A stretch of DNA of 64,000 bases. Source: Roseibacillus sp. (lineage in GTDB: Bacteria > Verrucomicrobiota > Verrucomicrobiia > Verrucomicrobiales > Akkermansiaceae). Position numbers and translations under genes: made by a program. Each line of letters opens with the position of its first letter. The stretch's first letter is position 1. The stretch is taken from the NCBI GenBank assembly GCA_051251855.1, contig JBPOGI010000001.1:896001-960000 (forward strand). The letters are read 5' to 3'. Below the pieces are notes generated by a model. That model had not been told where the DNA came from and did not search any database. It saw only the letters and a program-made list of their open reading frames with translations. Shown here piece by piece: positions 59,503 to 64,000 of the stretch.

Positions 59503-60453
59503 TCATTGCTGGCTGGCGTTGAGGTAAAACTCGCAGAGGTCGGCGTATATGAGGTCTCCTTTTGCGAGAACGTTGCCGTGCCCCGCTTCAGGGATGAGGC
59601 GGAGGCGCTTTTCGGGGTGAGGCAGGTTCTGATAGATTTCCTTGGCATTACTTGGGGGGATAAAGGTGTCGTTTTTTCCGTGAGCAATGAAAACGGGGAG
59701 GTTGATACGTGAGGCTGCTTGCGCTGGTGAGATTTCGTGGAGGTCGAGGTTGTGGCGGACTCTCAGATCGAATTGGACTGCGGGAACGAGGGTTGCCAGC
59801 AGAGGTGATTTCTTGTCGGCGGTGCGTTTGATGGTATTCGAGAGATGAGCAAAAGTTGAGATGGACGCGACCGAATGGAAGCTACTGTTGTCGGCTGCGG
59901 CGAGCTGCAGGGCGATAGCGCCGCCCTGTGAGAGACCGAAGATACCGAAATTGTCAGGAAGACTGTGCTCTTCTTGGAAATAGGAAACGAGTTGGAGGAG
60001 AGAGGGCACTTCGTTTTTTCCGAAGGTTGCTATCTTTTGAGGATTCTCACCATGACCAGGAAGGTCGGGGATCAAACAAGTGAAGCCAACGGCGCAGAAA
60101 CGCTCCGCTATGGCGAGGTGATGTTCCTTGCGGCTGGCGTGACCGTGGAGCAGGAGAATGGCGGCGGGTTTCTGGTGTGCGGAGACTTGGCGATCATGAA
60201 GTTGTTTTCGAAGAATTCGGCCTTTTTCGCCGGTGATATTGAGACCAAGACAGAGAAGGTAGGGAGTGCCGTCAGGTGCCGTATGGGAAGTAATCGTCAT
60301 GCCGTGTTCGGTGGGTTCGGCGAGAATCTGATGGTGAACTTCTCGGAGGCGCGCTCGTTCTGGCGAGATGATTCGATTGCTGGCGGTCTGAATGAAAATG
60401 ATGCAGACGAGAAGGATGATAATGAGGGGGATGGCGATGAGACGGCGTTTCAT
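59503..60453 (-). CDS. Alpha/beta hydrolase, N-terminally anchored
   Basis: LLHG, DLPGHG, GLSQG, HGKND, AGH. Confidence 0.88.
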   Translation of the reverse strand: MKRRLIAIPLIIILLVCIIFIQTASNRIISPERARLREVHHQILAEPTEHGMTITSHTAPDGTPYLLCLGLNITGEKGRILRKQLHDRQVSAHQKPAAILLLHGHASRKEHHLAIAERFCAVGFTCLIPDLPGHGENPQKIATFGKNEVPSLLQLVSYFQEEHSLPDNFGIFGLSQGGAIALQLAAADNSSFHSVASISTFAHLSNTIKRTADKKSPLLATLVPAVQFDLRVRHNLDLHEISPAQAASRINLPVFIAHGKNDTFIPPSNAKEIYQNLPHPEKRLRLIPEAGHGNVLAKGDLIYADLCEFYLNASQQ

Positions 60454-60569
60454 TGGATTTGGAGAGGACGGCGTGGAGACTCGCGTTTCTTTATGAAGAC
60501 TTGATGAAGGCAGGATGAATTTGTCTCTGGTCTTGCTGAGGGGCGAGAGGGTGAGTAAAACTCCAAGCG

Positions 60570-61091
60570 ATGGCAGTATTGCTCGACGAGGAAGAGATAG
60601 CGGAGGCGGTGGATCGTCTTGCGGAACAGATTTTGGAGGCTGGCGAAGGCCCTATTTGTGTTGTGGGGATTCGGAGCCGAGGAGATGAGGTGGCGGAGAG
60701 GGTTTGTAATCGCTTGGCGGAGACGGACCGAGATTTGCAATATGGGGTGCTTGATATTTCGCTTTATCGGGATGATTTGGAGCATTTGAAGCAAAACCCT
60801 AAGTTGCAGAGCAGCGAGATTTCCTTTCCGATGGAGGGCGCACACGTGATTTTGGTGGATGACGTTCTATTTACAGGAAGGACGATTCGAGCGGCATTGG
60901 ATGCGTTGACGGATTATGGCCGACCACAGAAGGTGGAGTTGGCGGTATTGATTGACCGCGGTTGGCGGGAACTGCCGATTGAGCCGACTTTTGTGGGGAA
61001 AATTTTGGAGACGAATCGATTGGACCGGGTGGTGGTTCACTTGCAAGGGACTGACGGGAAGGATTTGGTAGAGCTACAAACAAACGATTAG
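60570..61091 (+). CDS. pyrR: Bifunctional pyr regulator / uracil phosphoribosyltransferase
   Basis: LDISLYRDD, VDDVLFTGRTIRAA, DRGWRELPI. Confidence 0.93.
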   Translation: MAVLLDEEEIAEAVDRLAEQILEAGEGPICVVGIRSRGDEVAERVCNRLAETDRDLQYGVLDISLYRDDLEHLKQNPKLQSSEISFPMEGAHVILVDDVLFTGRTIRAALDALTDYGRPQKVELAVLIDRGWRELPIEPTFVGKILETNRLDRVVVHLQGTDGKDLVELQTND

Positions 61092-61094
61092 ACC

Positions 61095-62021
61095 ATGGTG
61101 AGAAAAGATTTGCTGGATCTCGCTTCTCTCAGTCGCGAGGAGATTGAGGAGATTCTAGGGCAAGCGAAGCCTCTAAAGGACGTGTTCCAGCGTTCGGTGA
61201 AGAAGTTTCCTGCGCTGAAGGGGAAGACGGTGTTGATGCTTTTTTATGAGCCCAGCACGCGAACGCTCAGCTCCTTTGAAGTGGCCGCGAAGCGGATGGG
61301 CGCAGACGTAACGGTCTTTGATGTCCCAAGTTCTTCGGTGGTGAAGGGGGAAAGTGTGAAGGATACCGTGGATACTTTGCAGGCGATGCAGGCTGATTAT
61401 ATTGTGGTGCGGCATCAGATGCCTGGTCTTCCGGGACGGATTGCGGATATGACTCGGGCTAGTGTGATTAGCGCGGGTGACGGAGCTCATGCTCATCCGA
61501 CGCAAGGTCTGTTAGATGCTTATACCTTGCGAGAGGTCTTTCCCACGGAAGAAGGAAAGCGAGTGCTCATTGCGGGAGATATTCGGCATAGTCGAGTGGC
61601 TCGTTCGACCAGTACGGCACTGAAAAAGTTGGGGTTCGAAGTCGCTTTTCTAGGGCCGGGCTCGTTGGTTCCAGAGGAGTCAGGATTCAAACGTTTTACG
61701 AATTTTGAGGAGGCTTGGAAGTGGAAGCCGGATGTGTTCTACATGTTGCGAGTTCAAAAGGAGCGACAAGGTTGCCAGTTCTTTCCTAGTGTCAGTGAGT
61801 ATCATAAGCTTTATGGCCTCACGCAGGACCGCTTTCGTCGTATTGAGGATGAGGGACTCTGGGTGATGCATCCGGGACCCGTGAATCGAGGAGTAGAATT
61901 AGTAGACTCGGTAATGGACTACGAACGATGTCTCATTAATCAGCAGGTTGAGAATGGAATCGCAGTCAGAATGGCAGTCCTCTATTTACTGAAGCAAGGT
62001 GAGGAAGAGGGAACGGTTTAG
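61095..62021 (+). CDS. pyrB: Aspartate carbamoyltransferase catalytic subunit
   Basis: FYEPSTRT, KGES, HPTQ, HSRV, RVQKER, HPGP. Confidence 0.95.
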   Translation: MVRKDLLDLASLSREEIEEILGQAKPLKDVFQRSVKKFPALKGKTVLMLFYEPSTRTLSSFEVAAKRMGADVTVFDVPSSSVVKGESVKDTVDTLQAMQADYIVVRHQMPGLPGRIADMTRASVISAGDGAHAHPTQGLLDAYTLREVFPTEEGKRVLIAGDIRHSRVARSTSTALKKLGFEVAFLGPGSLVPEESGFKRFTNFEEAWKWKPDVFYMLRVQKERQGCQFFPSVSEYHKLYGLTQDRFRRIEDEGLWVMHPGPVNRGVELVDSVMDYERCLINQQVENGIAVRMAVLYLLKQGEEEGTV

Positions 62022-62053
62022 CTCTGTATTGAGCGAGTAGTAATTATTAAGTA

Positions 62054-62434
62054 ATGAAGATTCAAAAGGCTGCATTCATCGCGTTTCCCGCATCTGATTT
62101 CGAGGAGTCGCTTCGCTTCTATCAGGAGTTGTTAGGGCTGCCTTTAGTGTGTGAAGGAAGGGATGACTTTTCTCGCTTCGCTCGCTTTGATTGCAGCGGT
62201 TTTGGAATCCATGTCTATGAATGGACGAAGCCTTTCAATCGTGCTCATACAGGTCTTCAGCTGTATGTGGATGATGTTGATGCGCTGCATACAGAGCTGC
62301 GGAGTAAGGGGGTGAAGTTTAGCGGTGCTATTCGTGACGAGCCTTGGGGAGGTAGGGTTGTTACCGTCAGTGATCCCGATGGCAATCTGTTCGACCTGCT
62401 CAACTCTGACTTTGATCGGATCATCCCAACCTAA
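62054..62434 (+). CDS. VOC/glyoxalase family protein
   Basis: FYQELLGL, VDDVD, EPWG, DPDGN. Confidence 0.9.
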   Translation: MKIQKAAFIAFPASDFEESLRFYQELLGLPLVCEGRDDFSRFARFDCSGFGIHVYEWTKPFNRAHTGLQLYVDDVDALHTELRSKGVKFSGAIRDEPWGGRVVTVSDPDGNLFDLLNSDFDRIIPT

Positions 62435-62485
62435 TAAGAATCTCTGCTGTTTTGCGCGAGAATTCTTGGGTTTTTGCGACTCAGG

Positions 62486-63118
62486 CTACTCGTTCTCGCT
62501 GTGATCGCGAATCATGGTGAGGTAGCGCAAAAGAAGATCGTAGCGCGCATCGAGCGAGGGTTCGCTGAGAATCTGAAGACGAATATCGGGGTCTTGCACA
62601 AACTGTTGGGCGACAGCATCGGCGAGGATGACGGGTTCACCGTTGGTGCGGTCGAGAACGTGATTGATTTCCTTTTTGACTTCGAGAGGGAAGCCGGACA
62701 GAGCTTCGTTCACTCGGTCTCGGAGCTTTGAGGCCATGAGCGGGCCTTCGTCTGAAGGAAAGGGGTCCGCGGTCATGGGGACAATGTGCGCGTATGGGTA
62801 TGTCTTACCTCCAGGCCAAGCAGAAAACCGGACACGATAGACGCCATGGAGCACGAGGTTGGAACGGCCATCGTCCATCTCGCGTGAAGCTCGGATCAGG
62901 CCCACGGTGCCGATGGGATGCACACAGCTGTTAAGGTCTTTGCCTTCCTCTTCGACCAAGGTGCCGACACAAATCATACAATGGCTTTCGAGGGCTTCCT
63001 CGAGCATCTCACGATACCGTTCTTCGAAGATGTGCAGGGGAAGCGCTCCGTGGGGGAAAAGAACGGTTTCGGGCAGCAGGATGGCGCCGCAGAATTCGGG
63101 AATATTGATACCACTCAT
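62486..63118 (-). CDS. LON peptidase substrate-binding domain protein
   Basis: VLFPHGALPLHIFEERY, IGTVG, DGR. Confidence 0.9.
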   Translation of the reverse strand: MSGINIPEFCGAILLPETVLFPHGALPLHIFEERYREMLEEALESHCMICVGTLVEEEGKDLNSCVHPIGTVGLIRASREMDDGRSNLVLHGVYRVRFSAWPGGKTYPYAHIVPMTADPFPSDEGPLMASKLRDRVNEALSGFPLEVKKEINHVLDRTNGEPVILADAVAQQFVQDPDIRLQILSEPSLDARYDLLLRYLTMIRDHSENE

Positions 63119-63864
63119 GATGGGTTGGGGACCTTGTTTTTTCGTTTTTTAATGAGGCGTATGGAGGCGCAGACTGCCAAAATAAGCAAGAGGCCTGCCA
63201 ACGCTAAATAGCGCGAGAGATGAGGAAGGGGAGCTGAGAATTTCATCTCAACCGGACCTGCCAGCAAGGTTGTGAGAGGGACTTGCCACTGGAGACTTTT
63301 CCCGTCCTTGGAGACATGGTCGGCGTTGTGGGTTGTGGCGGGAGTCGGGAGGTGGATTTGGTAAGTAAGTTTTGAGTCGCCGAGAAGTCGGTTCGTCATG
63401 GGATTGATACTTTCGGGCGGGACGAGAGGACGAACGTCAACTTGCCGAGAGAAGAGAAGCTTGGGGAAGGAGATCTTGAGGCTGGTATCTCCAAACAGGA
63501 TTTCTTCGTCGGACTTTTCAGCGGAGCCGGGAGGATCTCGAAATTTCTGAAGGACCGAGCCGACTTTACGAGCGTCTTTGAAGGAAAGCTTGGCCGTGAG
63601 AATCGTTTTGGAGCCGTCTCTAACGGCCTCGAGATGATTGAGAGAGACGTTGTCGGAATCGGCGAGTCCTTCTTTGGCGTCTGCGATGACTTGCTCCACG
63701 CCACCAAACCTTGAGAAGAGAAGAGTGGGTGCTGAAACTTTGACACGGGCGTGTCCGGAGGCGTCGGGGTTAACCCAGACCTCTTCCTCGCCCTCGATGC
63801 AAGAGTTGAGAAAGAAGGGCGTCAGTAGAAAAAGACAGAGGGCTGTAAGGCGGTGGAAGGAGAT
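63115..63864 (-). CDS. Lipoprotein with C-terminal TM anchor (LppM-like); start codon apparently non-canonical
   Basis: The frame of ORF 63115-63699 stays open to a TAA at 63868-63870 and encodes ISFHRLTALCLFLLTPFFLNS-C (lipoprotein signal) with no ATG/GTG/TTG upstream of the Cys. Confidence 0.65.
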   Translation of the reverse strand: MSFHRLTALCLFLLTPFFLNSCIEGEEEVWVNPDASGHARVKVSAPTLLFSRFGGVEQVIADAKEGLADSDNVSLNHLEAVRDGSKTILTAKLSFKDARKVGSVLQKFRDPPGSAEKSDEEILFGDTSLKISFPKLLFSRQVDVRPLVPPESINPMTNRLLGDSKLTYQIHLPTPATTHNADHVSKDGKSLQWQVPLTTLLAGPVEMKFSAPLPHLSRYLALAGLLLILAVCASIRLIKKRKNKVPNPS

Positions 63865-64000
63865 GCGTTAAGAATAGAACGAAAGAGGTTTTGCGATAGT
63901 GGATTTTCGCAAAACGGCGCATGTTTTTTCTCCACTAGAATCAGGGCGAGGAGAGGATTATCCGGAATTTCTACCTAGTTCTGATGAATGGTAGAATAAA

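Noticed and set aside
60454..60569. PyrR-binding attenuator upstream of pyrR-pyrB
   Set aside because: No consensus PyrR binding loop or terminator could be identified; short divergent intergenic region

Overview
Bacterial chromosomal window, very probably Verrucomicrobiota (Akkermansiaceae/Rubritalea-Roseibacillus-like). This placement is inferred from PVC-type heme-binding proteins, an Amuc_1098-like secretin, a PTPDL-family protein and a PEP-CTERM protein. Most of the window is housekeeping: mpl, ddl-ftsQ-ftsA (no ftsZ follows), metX, tatC, hisBH, parC-like, ispD, pyrR-pyrB, photolyase and a solute symporter. There are two accessory regions. (1) About 8.0-14.4 kb holds a REP-associated HUH (RAYT) transposase with GGAG-headed palindromic doublets, a CSLREA/choice-of-anchor-Q adhesin bracketed by an exact 78-bp direct repeat, and a 5'-truncated cytochrome gene. 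(2) A ~7.5-kb element is integrated in tRNA-fMet (50-bp att duplication, 45810-45859 / 53299-53348). It encodes an integrase, a small HTH protein, a CHC2-like/TOPRIM primase, a DUF3987 helicase and a terminase-small-subunit-like protein, with no capsid or tail genes, which makes it a candidate phage satellite. Its TerS-like protein carries an N-terminal copy of the helicase's C-terminal winged-helix domain. Its cargo is an HNH-motif lipoprotein and a membrane protein with a serine-less ACP-like domain. All family assignments come from motif recognition by eye; no searches were run.
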